From Alphaproteobacteria bacterium UBA830 (GTDB lineage: Bacteria > Pseudomonadota > Alphaproteobacteria > MPNO01 > UBA830), in the NCBI GenBank assembly GCA_905181725.1, contig CAJIYX010000052.1:12139-76138 (forward strand): DNA of 64,000 nt. The letters run 5' to 3'. The notes below the pieces were generated by a model, which searched no databases, was not told the DNA's origin, and saw only the letters and a program-made list of their open reading frames with translations. Every line of letters begins with the position of its first letter. Position 1 is the first letter of the stretch. Positions 1 through 11,220 of this stretch are shown piece after piece. The position numbers and the translations under genes are program-made.

Positions 1-811
1 AGGGATAATCCGTGCCGAACAGGATACGGGATTGGTCGGCCACGGCGCTCAGCCCGGCAAGTGGTACGGCGTCGCCCGACAGAGCGGTGTCGAACCAGAA
101 GCGCTTGATATAGGCGAGCGCGCCGTGCGGGTAATTGTCCTGAAATGTTGTCGATTTATCGAAGATCGATACCCGGTGAGCAAGAAACGGCAACGTGCCG
201 CCCGAATGGGACAGGATGAAGCGGATATCGGGATAGCGCTCCATCACCCCTTGAAAGATCAGGTTGATCGCGACACGCGTGGTCTCAAACGGATAATCGA
301 TCAGCATACGGGGGATATCCCAGCCATCCGCTTCGGTGCCGGGCGGGTAACAGGGATGGATAAACACGACGGCCTTGCGCCGGTTCAGCTCGGCATAAAG
401 CGGCTCGAAATACGCATGGCCGATGTATTTGTCGTCGACGCTGGTCAGCAGGGTGATGCCGTCCAGCTTGAGCTCATCCAGCGCGTAGGCGGTCTCAGAT
501 AAAGCCGCGTCGATATCGGGCAGGGGCAGAAAGCCGAATCCGCCAAAGCGCCCCGGGTGATCCGAGGCGAGTCGCGCAAGAAATTCGTTGCACTGGCGCG
601 CAAGCGCCTTTGTCTGGTCGATAGCGCCGAACCAGATGCCGGGTGACGTGAATGACAGCACCGATGTCGCGATATCTTCGGTTTCCATCACCGACAGGCT
701 GTGCTCGGCGCTCCATTCCGGAAAGCCGCGATAGGCGGACCCCGTGATGCCGGCACCGCGCTGCGCCTCGACATAGAATTCCGGCAATACGTGATGATGT
801 ACGTCGATGCG
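1..811 (-). CDS. amidohydrolase-2 family protein (ACMSD-like), 3' end lies beyond the window start
   Basis: Reverse-complement translation from ATG at 811 gives MAGRIDVHHHVLPEFY...ILFGTDYP, with the HxH metal motif and the FGTDYP C-terminal motif typical of PF04909 amidohydrolases. Not in the ORF track because it runs off the window edge. The listed +strand ORF 32..502 is antisense to it. Confidence 0.7.
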
Positions 812-925
812 TCCGGCCATCCGGCGTCTCCCGCGTGTTGTTGTTTCACGGACTTTAGCGACACCCGGCCTATGCCGTCGAGAGTGGTGATCTGCTAACG
901 TCCCCAAAAATCAGGAGCAGGAACC

Positions 926-1894
926 ATGGCGACATCATCCGGGATCGAAATCATCGCGCTCGAAGAGCATTACTGGGACAAGGTCGTTACTGACACGTTC
1001 GTCGGGCGCAATGCATCGCGCCGAGGGCAGCTACTCGACCGGCTCTACGATGTCAGTGAATTGCGACTGAAGGAAATGGATGACGCCGGGATCGACATTC
1101 AGGTCCTCAGCCATGGTGCACCGTCGGCCCAGCGCCTCGATGTCGAAACCGGTCCCGGCATTGCCCGCCAGGCGAATGACAACCTGCACGCCACTGTCGC
1201 GGCCAATCCTGACCGGTTCGCCGCCTTTGCAGCACTTGCCACCGCGCATCCGGAATCGGCGGCGGACGAGCTGGAACGCTGTGTAAAAGATCTCGGCTTC
1301 AGGGGCGCGATGATCCATGGGCTGACCAATGGAAAATTCTGCGACACACAGGAATATTGGCCGATCTATGCCCGCGCCGAGGCGCTGGGTGTGCCGATCT
1401 ACCTGCATCCGGGCTATCCGCACCCGGATGTCGTGGCAGTTTACTACAAGGATTATCTGGACGATTTTCCGGCGCTGGCGACAGCTGGCTGGGGCTACAC
1501 GGTCGAAACTGCGACCCAGGCGATCCGGATGGTGCTGTCTGGCGTGTTCGATGTCCATCCCGGTTTGCAGATGGTCCTCGGCCATATGGGCGAGGCGTTG
1601 CCCTTCCTGTTATGGCGGGTGAACCAGGCGTTGTCGCGGGTTGAAAACACCCAGACACGCTCGTTCCGCGAAATCTTCGAAGCGCATTTCCACGTGACGA
1701 CCAGCGGTAATTTTTCGAACCCGGTACTTCTCTGCACGGTGCAGGAAATGGGCATCGACCGCGTGATGTTCTCGGTCGATTACCCGTTTGTCGAAAACCA
1801 GCTGGGGGCCAACTGGGCCGAGCAGCTGTCATTCAGCCAGGAAGACCGGGAGAAAATTCTGAACGGCAACGCGCGACGGTTATTGGGGCTATAG
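926..1894 (+). CDS. amidohydrolase-2 family protein
   Basis: 322 aa, MATSSGIEIIALEEHYWD...MFSVDYPF. Divergent from a paralogous amidohydrolase upstream. Confidence 0.85.
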   Translation: MATSSGIEIIALEEHYWDKVVTDTFVGRNASRRGQLLDRLYDVSELRLKEMDDAGIDIQVLSHGAPSAQRLDVETGPGIARQANDNLHATVAANPDRFAAFAALATAHPESAADELERCVKDLGFRGAMIHGLTNGKFCDTQEYWPIYARAEALGVPIYLHPGYPHPDVVAVYYKDYLDDFPALATAGWGYTVETATQAIRMVLSGVFDVHPGLQMVLGHMGEALPFLLWRVNQALSRVENTQTRSFREIFEAHFHVTTSGNFSNPVLLCTVQEMGIDRVMFSVDYPFVENQLGANWAEQLSFSQEDREKILNGNARRLLGL

Positions 1895-2001
1895 GCAGTG
1901 GCGCTATCCGAAAAGGTTGGAACAAACCTCTGCCACCCATTCTGAGTTCCGCTACAGTTATGAAAGGCCCAACAGAGGCTCATGACCGGGAGGAAGATCG
2001 G

Positions 2002-3696
2002 ATGACGGACCTCACGCAGAGTTATGCCAGCGGCACATCCGATGTGCCGTTGATCGGGGCGACCATCGGCGCGCAGTTCGATACGGCGGTGGCGCGCTGG
2101 CGCGCGCGAGATGCGCTGATTGTCCGCCAGCAGGATATCCGGTGGTGATGGCTGGACCTGAAGGAACGGGTCGATGCCTTTGCCGCCGGGCTGATGGATA
2201 TCGGGCTCGACCCCGGCAGCCGCATCGGCATCTGGGCGCCCAATCGCACCGAATGGACGATCACGCAGTTCGCGACTGCCAAGGCCGGGTTGATCCTGGT
2301 GAATATCAATCCCGCCTACCGGCTGGCAGAGCTGGAATACGCGCTGAACAAGGTCGGCTGCACAGCGCTGGTGACGGCGGCGGCCTTCAAGACTAGCGAT
2401 TATCTCGGCATGATCCGCGACCTGGCGCCGGAACTTGATACGGCAACGCCCGGTGAACTTCAAGCCGTGCGGCTGCCCGATCTGCGGCATGTTATTCAGG
2501 TCGGCGGCGGCGATGTGCCGGGCACCTGGGCCTTCGAAGATATTCTAGTGCACGGCAAGGCGGCGGGGCAGGCGGCAGTCGAGGCGCTCGCCCCCAGCCT
2601 GCAGTTCGACGATCCGATCAACATCCAGTTCACTAGCGGCACCACAGGCTCGCCCAAGGGGGCGACGCTTACCCATCACAATATTCTCAATAACGGCTTC
2701 TTTGTCGGCCGCGCCCAAGCACTGGGTGAGGACGACCGGATTTGTATCCCGGTGCCGCTTTATCACTGTTTCGGCATGGTGATGGGAAATCTGGCCTCGG
2801 TCACCCACGGGGCGGCGATGGTCTATCCCGGAGAAGGGTTTGACCCGCTGGCCACGCTTGAGGCGGTCGCCGCCGAGAAATGCACGGCGCTCTATGGCGT
2901 GCCGACTATGTTTATTGCGCAGTTGCAGCACCCGGATTTTGCCAATTTTGACCTGTCGAGCCTGCGCACCGGCATCATGGCGGGTTCACCCTGCCCGGTG
3001 GAGGTGATGAAACAGGTCATCGACAACATGCATATGGACGATGTCACGATTGCCTATGGCATGACCGAAACTAGCCCGGTCTCAACCCAAACCTCGGTGG
3101 ACGACCAGGTCGAGCGGCGGGTATCGACCATCGGGCGCATTCAGCCGCATCTCGAAGTAAAAATAATCGATGGCGATCGACGCATTGTCGCCCCGGGCGT
3201 GACGGGGGAGCTCTGCACCCGGGGCTATTCAGTGATGCGCGGCTACTGGGATGAAGCCGACCGCACGGCGGAGGCAATCGATGCCGGAAAATGGATGCAT
3301 ACCGGCGATCTCGCGACCATGGATGGGGCGGGGTATTTCAATATCGTCGGGCGGATCAAGGATATGGTCATCCGCGGCGGCGAGAACCTGTATCTGCGTG
3401 AAATCGAGGAATTTCTCTATCGTCATCCCAAGATCGCCGATGTCCAGATCTTCGGCATCCCGGATGAGCGCTATGGTGAGGAGCTCTGCGCCTGGATAAA
3501 ACTTGCCGAGGGCGAGGCCGCGTTGGCCGATGAAATCACCGGATTCTGTGAAGGCCAGGTCGCCCATCAGAAGGTGCCGCGCTATATCCGCTTCGTCGAC
3601 GAATTTCCCATGACGGTTACCGGAAAAATCCAGATATTCGTCATGCGTGACCAGATGATCGAAGAACTGGGGCTGAAAGCGGCTAAAACCGCCTGA
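2002..3696 (+). pseudogene. AMP-dependent synthetase/ligase (acyl-CoA synthetase) interrupted by in-frame TGA at 2146-2148
   Basis: After RBS GGGAGGAAG, ATG at 2002 gives MTDLTQSYASGTSDVPLIG...ALIVRQQDIRW, then TGA, then in the same frame [20 protein letters not shown]... continuing into the 500-aa ORF. The AMP-binding motif [18 protein letters not shown] is present. An ORF starting at 2194 would lack the conserved N-terminal ~65 residues. Confidence 0.7.
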
Positions 3697-3748
3697 AACC
3701 GAAACTCCGTCGTTGTAATCCCGGGCGTGGCGTGTCAAACCGCGCGCC

Positions 3749-5665
3749 ATGTTGCAGATTGAAAACCTTACCTACCGGATAGGTCCCCGGGTGCTGCTCG
3801 ACGAGGCGTCGGCATCGATTCCGGCTGGCCATTGCGTTGGGCTGGTTGGGCGCAACGGTACCGGCAAGACCACGCTGCTGCGGCTGATCACCAACGAGAT
3901 CGAAGCCGATGGCGGCAGCATCACGATCCCGCCGCGCTGGCGGATCGGCGTGACCAGCCAGGAAGCACCCGAAGGCCGGGGTTCGCTGGTCGACTCGGTG
4001 CTCGCCGCCGACACGGAGCTGACGGACCTTGAGACCGAGGCGGAGACTGCAACGGACCCTGAGCGGATCTCCTATATCTACGAACGCCTTGGCGAAAAAG
4101 AGGCCCATAGCGCGCCGTCCCGCGCTGCGCGCATTCTGGCGGGGCTTGGTTTCGATGAAGAAGCACAGCAACGTACCCTGGGTGAATTTTCCGGTGGCTG
4201 GCGGATGCGCGTCATGCTGGCATCGCTGCTGTTCACCAAACCCGATCTGCTGCTGCTCGATGAGCCGACCAACCATCTCGACCTGGAAGCAGCACTCTGG
4301 CTGGAGGATTACCTCCGCCGATATGACGGCACCATTCTGATCGTCAGCCATGACCGGGGACTGCTGAACCGGGTGTCCCGAGAGATTCTGCATCTCGAGA
4401 ATTCCACGCTGACGCTTTATCAGGGCGGCTACGATCAGTTCGAGGCGACCCGGCGTATGCGTCTCGAACAGAATGAACGCGCGCGTGAGAAACAGGACCT
4501 CCAGCGCGCGCACATTCAGAGTTTCGTCGACCGTTTTCGGTACAAGGCGAGCAAGGCGCGCCAGGCACAGTCGCGCCTCAAAATGCTCGAGCGGATGGAG
4601 CCGATCGCCGAGCACAGCGAAGGCGGTCGAGTAACCTTCAATTTCCCCGATCCGGTGCCGCAATTGTCGCCGCCGCTGTTCAGCGTGCTGAACGCGACCG
4701 TCGGTTATGACGACAAGGCTGTATTGAGCAACCTCTCGATCCGCCTTGATGAAGACGACCGGGTCGCGCTGCTTGGTGCGAACGGCAACGGCAAATCGAC
4801 GCTGATGCGCCTGCTGGCGGGCCGGCTCAAACAGATGTCGGGCACGTTGACCACCGCGCCAAAGCTTCGCGTCGGCTATTTCGCGCAGCACCAGACCGAA
4901 GAACTGGATATGAACGCGACGCCGGTGATCGAGCTTGGCCGGCGTCTGCCCGAGGACAAGGACGTGCAGCTGCGCAGCCAGCTTGGCCGCTTCGGGTTCA
5001 GCCAGCAGCGCGCGGATACCAAGATCTCCAACCTGTCCGGCGGCGAAAAGGCGCGTCTGCTGTTTGCGCTGATGACCTGTGACAAACCCCATATTCTGCT
5101 GCTGGATGAGCCGACCAACCATCTCGACGTGGATTCGCGCCAGGCGCTGATCCAGGCAATCAACAGCTTTGCCGGTGCGGTGGTGATCGTCAGCCATGAC
5201 CCGCATGTGATCGAGCTGACGGCGGATCGGTTCTGGCTTGTGGCCGATGGCAGCGTCGTCCCGTTTGACGGGGACATGGACGCCTATCGTTCCCTGTTGC
5301 TGGCGGGTGTCAAGAAAACCCGGAAATCGGCGACTGCCAAGATCGAGGAAATTATCCCGGCGGCGCCGCCACCGGCGCCTGTCGACAAGCGCGAACAGCG
5401 TAAAAAGGCTGCCGAGCAACGTGAGGCACTTGCCCCGCTGCGCAAGCAGGTTCAGCGTATGGAAAAGAACATCGCAAAATTTCAGACCGAAAAGGCCGAA
5501 ATCGAAGCGAAGATGGCCGACCCCGATCTGTATGACGGGGACAGCGCGAAACTGGTCGATCTGCAGAAGGACCTCGGCTGGGTTGCGGGCCAGATTGCAG
5601 AGACCGAGGAAGTCTGGCTCGGCCTTCAGCGGGAGCTGGAAGAAGCCTCCGCCGCTGCCGGATAA
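3749..5665 (+). CDS. ABC-F family ATPase (tandem ABC cassettes, coiled-coil C-terminus; Uup/YheS-like)
   Basis: 638 aa with two Walker A/B cassettes, signature LSGGEKARL, and a charged coiled-coil tail. Confidence 0.9.
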   Translation: MLQIENLTYRIGPRVLLDEASASIPAGHCVGLVGRNGTGKTTLLRLITNEIEADGGSITIPPRWRIGVTSQEAPEGRGSLVDSVLAADTELTDLETEAETATDPERISYIYERLGEKEAHSAPSRAARILAGLGFDEEAQQRTLGEFSGGWRMRVMLASLLFTKPDLLLLDEPTNHLDLEAALWLEDYLRRYDGTILIVSHDRGLLNRVSREILHLENSTLTLYQGGYDQFEATRRMRLEQNERAREKQDLQRAHIQSFVDRFRYKASKARQAQSRLKMLERMEPIAEHSEGGRVTFNFPDPVPQLSPPLFSVLNATVGYDDKAVLSNLSIRLDEDDRVALLGANGNGKSTLMRLLAGRLKQMSGTLTTAPKLRVGYFAQHQTEELDMNATPVIELGRRLPEDKDVQLRSQLGRFGFSQQRADTKISNLSGGEKARLLFALMTCDKPHILLLDEPTNHLDVDSRQALIQAINSFAGAVVIVSHDPHVIELTADRFWLVADGSVVPFDGDMDAYRSLLLAGVKKTRKSATAKIEEIIPAAPPPAPVDKREQRKKAAEQREALAPLRKQVQRMEKNIAKFQTEKAEIEAKMADPDLYDGDSAKLVDLQKDLGWVAGQIAETEEVWLGLQRELEEASAAAG

Positions 5666-5761
5666 CCCGGAGAATATCTGGCAGATGGCGGCCCATTCGC
5701 AGGGCGCACGGATTCATGCTAGTCAAATCTGGAACACCATAATCCGAGTGGGAATAACCAG

Positions 5762-6394
5762 ATGATCGATCTTTACGCTGCGCCGACATCGAACGGGTTG
5801 CGGGCGAAAATCATGCTCGACGAGACCGGGCTGGATTACAAGCTGCACGCCGTTGATCTGGCTGCACGGGGTAATCAGACGCCGGAATACCTGAAGCTGA
5901 ACCCCATGGGGCTGATCCCGACGATTGTCGACCCGGACGGGCCGGTCGGCGCTGACGGCACGTCGTTTACGCTGACCCAGTCGATGGCGATCCTCGCCTA
6001 CCTGGCAAATAAATCTGGAAAGTTCCTGCCCGAGCACCTCTCCCAGAACATGCATTTCCGGCGGGACATTATGAGCGTCGCGACCGACATGACGGGCGTG
6101 CTGATGGCCGTGTTTACGATCGGCCGCATGGAAAACCCGCATAAGCCGACGATGGACGATTTCGGCGCGCGTTTTAACCGCTACATGAAATACTGGGACG
6201 GCCTGATGGCTGACCGCAAATATGCGGGCGCGGATGAAGTCACCATCGCCGATTTCGCGTTCTATCCCGTTGTGTACCGCGCCAAGGCGGTGACCCCGCA
6301 ATTCACCGAGGGTTGCCCCAATATAGACCGGTGGTACGCAGAAATTGGCGCCCGCCCGGGCGTGCAAAAAGGCGTTGATTTTAGCCAGGGTTGA
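5762..6394 (+). CDS. glutathione S-transferase
   Basis: MIDLYAAPTSNGLRAKIMLDETGLDYKLHAVDL..., typical GST N-terminal thioredoxin-like fold motifs. Confidence 0.85.
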   Translation: MIDLYAAPTSNGLRAKIMLDETGLDYKLHAVDLAARGNQTPEYLKLNPMGLIPTIVDPDGPVGADGTSFTLTQSMAILAYLANKSGKFLPEHLSQNMHFRRDIMSVATDMTGVLMAVFTIGRMENPHKPTMDDFGARFNRYMKYWDGLMADRKYAGADEVTIADFAFYPVVYRAKAVTPQFTEGCPNIDRWYAEIGARPGVQKGVDFSQG

Positions 6395-6434
6395 TCACCG
6401 GGCTGACAACAAAAAATAAGAAGGATACAAAAAT

Positions 6435-7349
6435 ATGAAAATCGCGGTTCCCGACCTTATCTCCAACTCTTACTTCCCCGTGCCAGCGGCGGTCGAGCTT
6501 GGCTTCTTCGAAAAAGAAGGGCTCGATATGAGCTACGAGCTCGTCTTTCCGGTCGACGACGCCAACAAGGCGATGCGCGACGGCGCTTTCGATTTTGTCG
6601 GCGGCTCGGCGCATTCGACGTTGGCAGCGTTTCCCGAATGGAAGGGTGCAAAGCTTGTCTGCGCGTTGTCGCAGGGCATGTACTGGCTGCTCGTTGCCAG
6701 GACTGATCTGAACATCGAGCTTGGTGATACGGATGCGCTGAAGGGCCTGAATATCGGCGCGGCGCCCTGGGTCGATCTGGGCCTGAAACGCCTGCTGACC
6801 GAAGCCGGGCTGGATCCCGAGAAGGACCTGAATATTGCGCCGGTTCCCGGCACCATCGTGCCGGGCGTGTCGTTCGGCGTCACGGCGGCAAAGGCTTTGG
6901 AAGAAGGCAAGATCGATGCGTTCTGGGCGAATGGCATGGGCGCGGAAGTCGCTGTCACCCGGGGTGTCGGTACCGTCGTGCTCGATCCGCGCCGTGGCGT
7001 CGGACCGGCGGCCTCGTTCAACTATACCCAGCCGGCTTTGGCGACGACGCAGAAAATGATCGACGAAAATCCCGATGCTGTCGCCGCCGCCGTACGCGCC
7101 ATCGTCAATGTCCAGAAAGCGTTGAAGGCGGATATTAGTCTGGCGACCGAGGTCGCACGTAAAAGCTTCCCCGAAGCTGAAACCGCATTGATCGCCCAGG
7201 TTGTCGAACGCGATCTGGGTTTTTACGACGCAGTGATCACGCCGGAATTCGTCACCGGTATGAACGCGTTTTCACGCGATATGGGCCTGATGACCGGCGA
7301 TCCCGCGTTTGAAGATGTGGTCGCGACGCAGTTCAGTAATCTCTGGTAG
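6435..7349 (+). CDS. ABC transporter substrate-binding protein (NMT1/THI5/SsuA-like), orphan
   Basis: 304 aa with RBS AAGAAGGA upstream. Periplasmic-binding-protein-like profile. No adjacent permease or ATPase. Confidence 0.55.
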   Translation: MKIAVPDLISNSYFPVPAAVELGFFEKEGLDMSYELVFPVDDANKAMRDGAFDFVGGSAHSTLAAFPEWKGAKLVCALSQGMYWLLVARTDLNIELGDTDALKGLNIGAAPWVDLGLKRLLTEAGLDPEKDLNIAPVPGTIVPGVSFGVTAAKALEEGKIDAFWANGMGAEVAVTRGVGTVVLDPRRGVGPAASFNYTQPALATTQKMIDENPDAVAAAVRAIVNVQKALKADISLATEVARKSFPEAETALIAQVVERDLGFYDAVITPEFVTGMNAFSRDMGLMTGDPAFEDVVATQFSNLW

Positions 7350-7373
7350 GTGAGATACCCCCAGACCCGGCGT

Positions 7374-8252
7374 TCAGCCCGTCTGGGTTTTGTACCAGTC
7401 GAGAATCTGGTCGCCCGTCATGACCACGACGCCAGGCTTGGAAAGCATGTATTCCATCAGTTCGCGGACGTAGCGGATGCGGTGCGGTGACCCTGAAATA
7501 TACGGGTGTACGGCAAACGACATAACGCGGACGCTCTCGGCGCTTTCTTCGTAGATCGTGTCAAAATAGTCCATCGCGCGGGTCTTGAAGACCGGCGAAT
7601 CCTGATTCTGGATCAGCGAGACGACGATGTCGTGGATTTCGAAATTATAGGGCAGTGAAATCAGCTCGCCATGCTTGGTCTGCAGCGGGACCGGCTGGTC
7701 GTCGAATGCCCAGTCACCAATATACTCAAAACCTGCTTCGGTCAGATAATCTAGTGTGTCAAACGTTTCAGTCAGACCGGGGCCGAACCAGCCGCGCGGC
7801 TTGTAACCACAGACGGATTCTATGGCTTCGATGGTCTTGCGGATATTTTCGCGCTGATCGTCGACCTTGTGCATCGGGATCTGCTCGAACGCATGGGCGT
7901 TAAACTCCCAACCTGATTCCAGGCAGGCTTCGACGACGCGGGGGTATTCCGTGCAGGCGCGGCCGTTCATGGTGACCGTGCCCTTGACGCCCATTTCGTC
8001 GAACAGCTTGCGCAGGCGCCAGAAACCGACCCGCATGCCGTATTCGTGCCACGACCAGTTCGGCACGTCGGGCAGCATCTGCTGGTGCTGGGGCGGCGGC
8101 AGAACGGTACGCGGCATGGCCCGGTCGATATCCCAGACTTCAAGCGACATCAGCGGCCATAAAATCATCCGCCCGCCATCGGGCAGCGTTAGCGGTGCGC
8201 GGTCCTCGATGGCGGAAAAGGGGGTGCGTTCCTGCGGTTTCATGGCAGCCAT
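7374..8252 (-). CDS. polysaccharide deacetylase family protein
   Basis: 292 aa, NodB-like/PuuE-like deacetylase pattern (…GWEFNAHAFEQIPMH…SFAVHPYISG…). Confidence 0.75.
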   Translation of the reverse strand: MAAMKPQERTPFSAIEDRAPLTLPDGGRMILWPLMSLEVWDIDRAMPRTVLPPPQHQQMLPDVPNWSWHEYGMRVGFWRLRKLFDEMGVKGTVTMNGRACTEYPRVVEACLESGWEFNAHAFEQIPMHKVDDQRENIRKTIEAIESVCGYKPRGWFGPGLTETFDTLDYLTEAGFEYIGDWAFDDQPVPLQTKHGELISLPYNFEIHDIVVSLIQNQDSPVFKTRAMDYFDTIYEESAESVRVMSFAVHPYISGSPHRIRYVRELMEYMLSKPGVVVMTGDQILDWYKTQTG

Positions 8253-8477
8253 TCAGATCTCCTCACGTTCAGTGTTTGCAGACGGTACTTGGAATACTCC
8301 ATCCGGTATTTTCAGGTCTACAAACACTGCCATCGGAGCACAGTCAACACTGGTCGGTATCGACACTCTGCCGGTGTTCCGTGTCGGTATAGTTCTATCG
8401 GGGGGTGACCAGAATTGGGACAGATTGCGGTGTTGCGCCCGTTTCGGCACACACCTGCTTCAATGCCTCCCAATCCG

Positions 8478-9650
8478 TCAGCGAAAGCACTTTTCCGGAC
8501 CCGCGCGCAGTATTTCGGATGTAGGCGATACGTTCTGCCGTGCGTGGATGACTGGAAAGCATGCCCAGGATGCTTTGCCGTTCTGTTTTTTCTCAGACTT
8601 TTTGCTGATCTTGTCAAAGAAACGCAGCAACCCGCTACCGTCGATATTTGCAGCATTCAGGCGTTTAATTGCGAAGGTGTCGGCGGCGCGTTCCGCTTTG
8701 TGCGAATAGCTGCTGTTGAGCGCCCATTCAGCTATACCGGTGACCAGAATGCCGTCGGCAAAATCACCGATCATCGCGCTGATCAATAGTGAAACCGCCG
8801 TCGTCCTGTATATCGCTTGTGTCGGGTGCTGATGAAACACATGTCCGATCTCATGGCTGACAACCCCGGCGATTTCTTCAGGCGAACCTGCGGCCTTGAT
8901 CAGACCCGATGTGACAACAACGTATCCCCCCGGCAGAGCGAATGCGTTCACCAGCTTTGCGTCGACAACTACCATGTTGAGCCAGCGCGGGAGCAACCAC
9001 GACGCGTTTGCGGAGAGCGACAGACTCGTTCCACCGAAACGTGCGTTCGCGAAAAAGTACTTCAGCGTTGAGACGCGTAGCCATGGGTTGGCGAGGAGAA
9101 GCATGACAAGGCTCAACGCAGTGTAAGCGAACGAGATCACAGCGTAACGCACTGCCGACCCGTCGAGATCAAAGCGGACACCGCGCCAGATTGTAAGGGT
9201 CGGTCTGTAGCGCCGCATACGGTAGATTGCGATGTGAATCAGGAATGCGATGATTGTGTAATAGATAACCTGGATGATGATTGGCAGCGGGCCTTCCATG
9301 CCCACCATCAGGAACTGAAGCAGCGAATAGACGGCGCCGAACGGTACCAGTATGACGATGGCGATCAGAAAGCCGACGAAAAGTTCTCCGCCGGTGCCAA
9401 GATATTCCAACGGGTCGTCCAGCAGTTTCGTGTGTTGCTAGACATACTTGCGAACCCGGGTTTTTGCCCAGAACCGGTATATCCCCAGGGTGACGATCGT
9501 CAGAAGAAAATTACGTGCGAGCAGCCAGAACAACCGCTTGCGGGGGCCGTCGAAATCCACCGACCGTCTTTGTCCCAGATCGGAAGCAGTATGTGTTGTA
9601 TCCAGAGTCACCGATTGCGGCGCCGTTAAGGCGTTCTCATTCTCTGTCAT
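8478..9650 (-). pseudogene. DUF898 (YjgN-like) membrane domain fused to M48 family metallopeptidase, interrupted by in-frame TAG at 9438-9440
   Basis: N-terminal piece ...FWLLARNFLLTIVTLGIYRFWAKTRVRKYV matches the YjgN first repeat. TAG follows, then the same frame continues QHTKLLDDPLEYLGTGGELF... (second DUF898 repeat), then the M48 motif NAFALPGGYVVVTSGL...HEIGHVFHQH. The TAG aligns with a Gln position in YjgN-like proteins. Confidence 0.55.
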
Positions 9651-9799
9651 AGTGGGGCTCTCTGAGATTGAGGAAGTGTGAGGGTGTAGATATAATTTTT
9701 ACCGATCAATGGTTGCAGGTAAAGGGCGGAATCGCTGGTCATTTTTGAACCGGCCCGTGTTCCGGTATACAGTGGTATGTCGGGACAGGGAGAGAGCAC

Positions 9800-11179
9800 A
9801 TGACGGCAAGCTTCAAGACCAAGGCTGATTCAAAGACAATACCGGTAACACCGATCGAGCATGCCGTATTCGATGCCTGGCTGAAAAAGGAACCGGCGGC
9901 GATTCAAGCCTGGGTGAAGTCATCCGGCTTTACGGCCAAGCCCGGCCAGATCAGCCTGGTGGCGGGTAAAGACGGCAAGCTGTCGCGCGTGTTGTTTGGT
10001 GTAAAGGATCACGATGGGTTCTGGGATTACGCACCATTGCCCACCGCTCTGCCTGAAGGCTCGTACCGGATCGATGCGCGGATGAGTGCGGCCGGGGCGA
10101 CGGCGGCGGCGACGGGCTGGGCGCTCGGTGGGTACCGGTTCGAGCGGTACAAATCGACCAAGAGTAAAAAGCTGCCGACGCTCGTCTGGCCGGCCCGCGC
10201 GGACAAGGCACGGGCGAATGCCATGGCGGAGTCCATTTCGCTGGTGCGCGACCTGATCAACACGCCCGCCGAGGATATGGGGCCATCGCAACTGGCCGCT
10301 GCGGCCCGCACCCTCGGGCGCGGACACAAAGCCGACGTAAAGGTGATCACCGGCGACGCGCTGCTCAAACAGAACTATCCGACAATCCACGCGGTGGGCC
10401 GTGCAAGCGATGATCCGCCCCGGCTGATCGATCTCCGCTGGGGTCGCAAATCCGATCCCAAGGTGACACTGGTCGGCAAGGGTGTGTGTTTCGATACCGG
10501 GGGGCTCGACCTCAAATCTGCCGGGGGCATGCTGCGGATGAAAAAGGATATGGGCGGCGGCGCGCATGCGCTGGGGCTTGCCCACCTGATCATGGCGCTC
10601 AAATTGCGTGTGCGCCTGCGAGTTCTGGTGCCGGCGGTCGAGAACAATGTTGCGGGCAATGCGTTCCGCCCGCTTGATGTCATCACCACCCGCAAAGGTG
10701 TGACGGTCGAGATCGGCAATACCGACGCCGAGGGACGCCTCGTGCTGTGCGATGCGCTGGCCGAAGCCGATAGCGAAGACCCCGACATGATCCTCGATTT
10801 CGCAACCCTGACCGGCGCTGCGCGGGTTGCGCTCGGCACTGATCTGCCGGCGTTGTTCTGCAATAACGATAGTCTCGCGGGAGATCTGGCGAAGGCGGGC
10901 GATACCGTGAACGACCCGATGTGGCGCCTGCCGTTGTGGCGACCCTACCGGCAGCTACTGGAAAGCAAAGTCGCGGACATCAACAACGTATCCGAAGGCG
11001 GTTTTGGCGGCGCGATCACGGCGGCGCTCTACCTGCAGGAATTCGTGCGCGATACCACGCCCTGGGCGCATCTCGACATGATGGCCTGGAATCTGTCGGG
11101 CAGACCCGGACGCCCCGCGGGTGGTGAAGCGCAATCCCTGCGCGCCGTGTTCGAGATGCTTGAAAAACGCTACGGCTGA
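9800..11179 (+). CDS. leucyl aminopeptidase family protein (M17)
   Basis: 459 aa, M17 signature NTDAEGRL and a conserved C-terminal catalytic domain. Confidence 0.9.
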   Translation: MTASFKTKADSKTIPVTPIEHAVFDAWLKKEPAAIQAWVKSSGFTAKPGQISLVAGKDGKLSRVLFGVKDHDGFWDYAPLPTALPEGSYRIDARMSAAGATAAATGWALGGYRFERYKSTKSKKLPTLVWPARADKARANAMAESISLVRDLINTPAEDMGPSQLAAAARTLGRGHKADVKVITGDALLKQNYPTIHAVGRASDDPPRLIDLRWGRKSDPKVTLVGKGVCFDTGGLDLKSAGGMLRMKKDMGGGAHALGLAHLIMALKLRVRLRVLVPAVENNVAGNAFRPLDVITTRKGVTVEIGNTDAEGRLVLCDALAEADSEDPDMILDFATLTGAARVALGTDLPALFCNNDSLAGDLAKAGDTVNDPMWRLPLWRPYRQLLESKVADINNVSEGGFGGAITAALYLQEFVRDTTPWAHLDMMAWNLSGRPGRPAGGEAQSLRAVFEMLEKRYG

Positions 11180-11220
11180 TCCGGCGTTCCTGTTACGGGG
11201 CAGATTTATAACCAGTCGGT

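Noticed and set aside
32-502. 156-aa plus-strand ORF at window start
   Set aside because: Antisense to the amidohydrolase gene running off the window edge on the minus strand. The minus-strand translation shows HHH and FGTDYP motifs.
3683-5419. 578-aa minus-strand ORF
   Set aside because: Antisense to the clearly real ABC-F ATPase gene. Arg-rich composition typical of a GC-rich shadow ORF.
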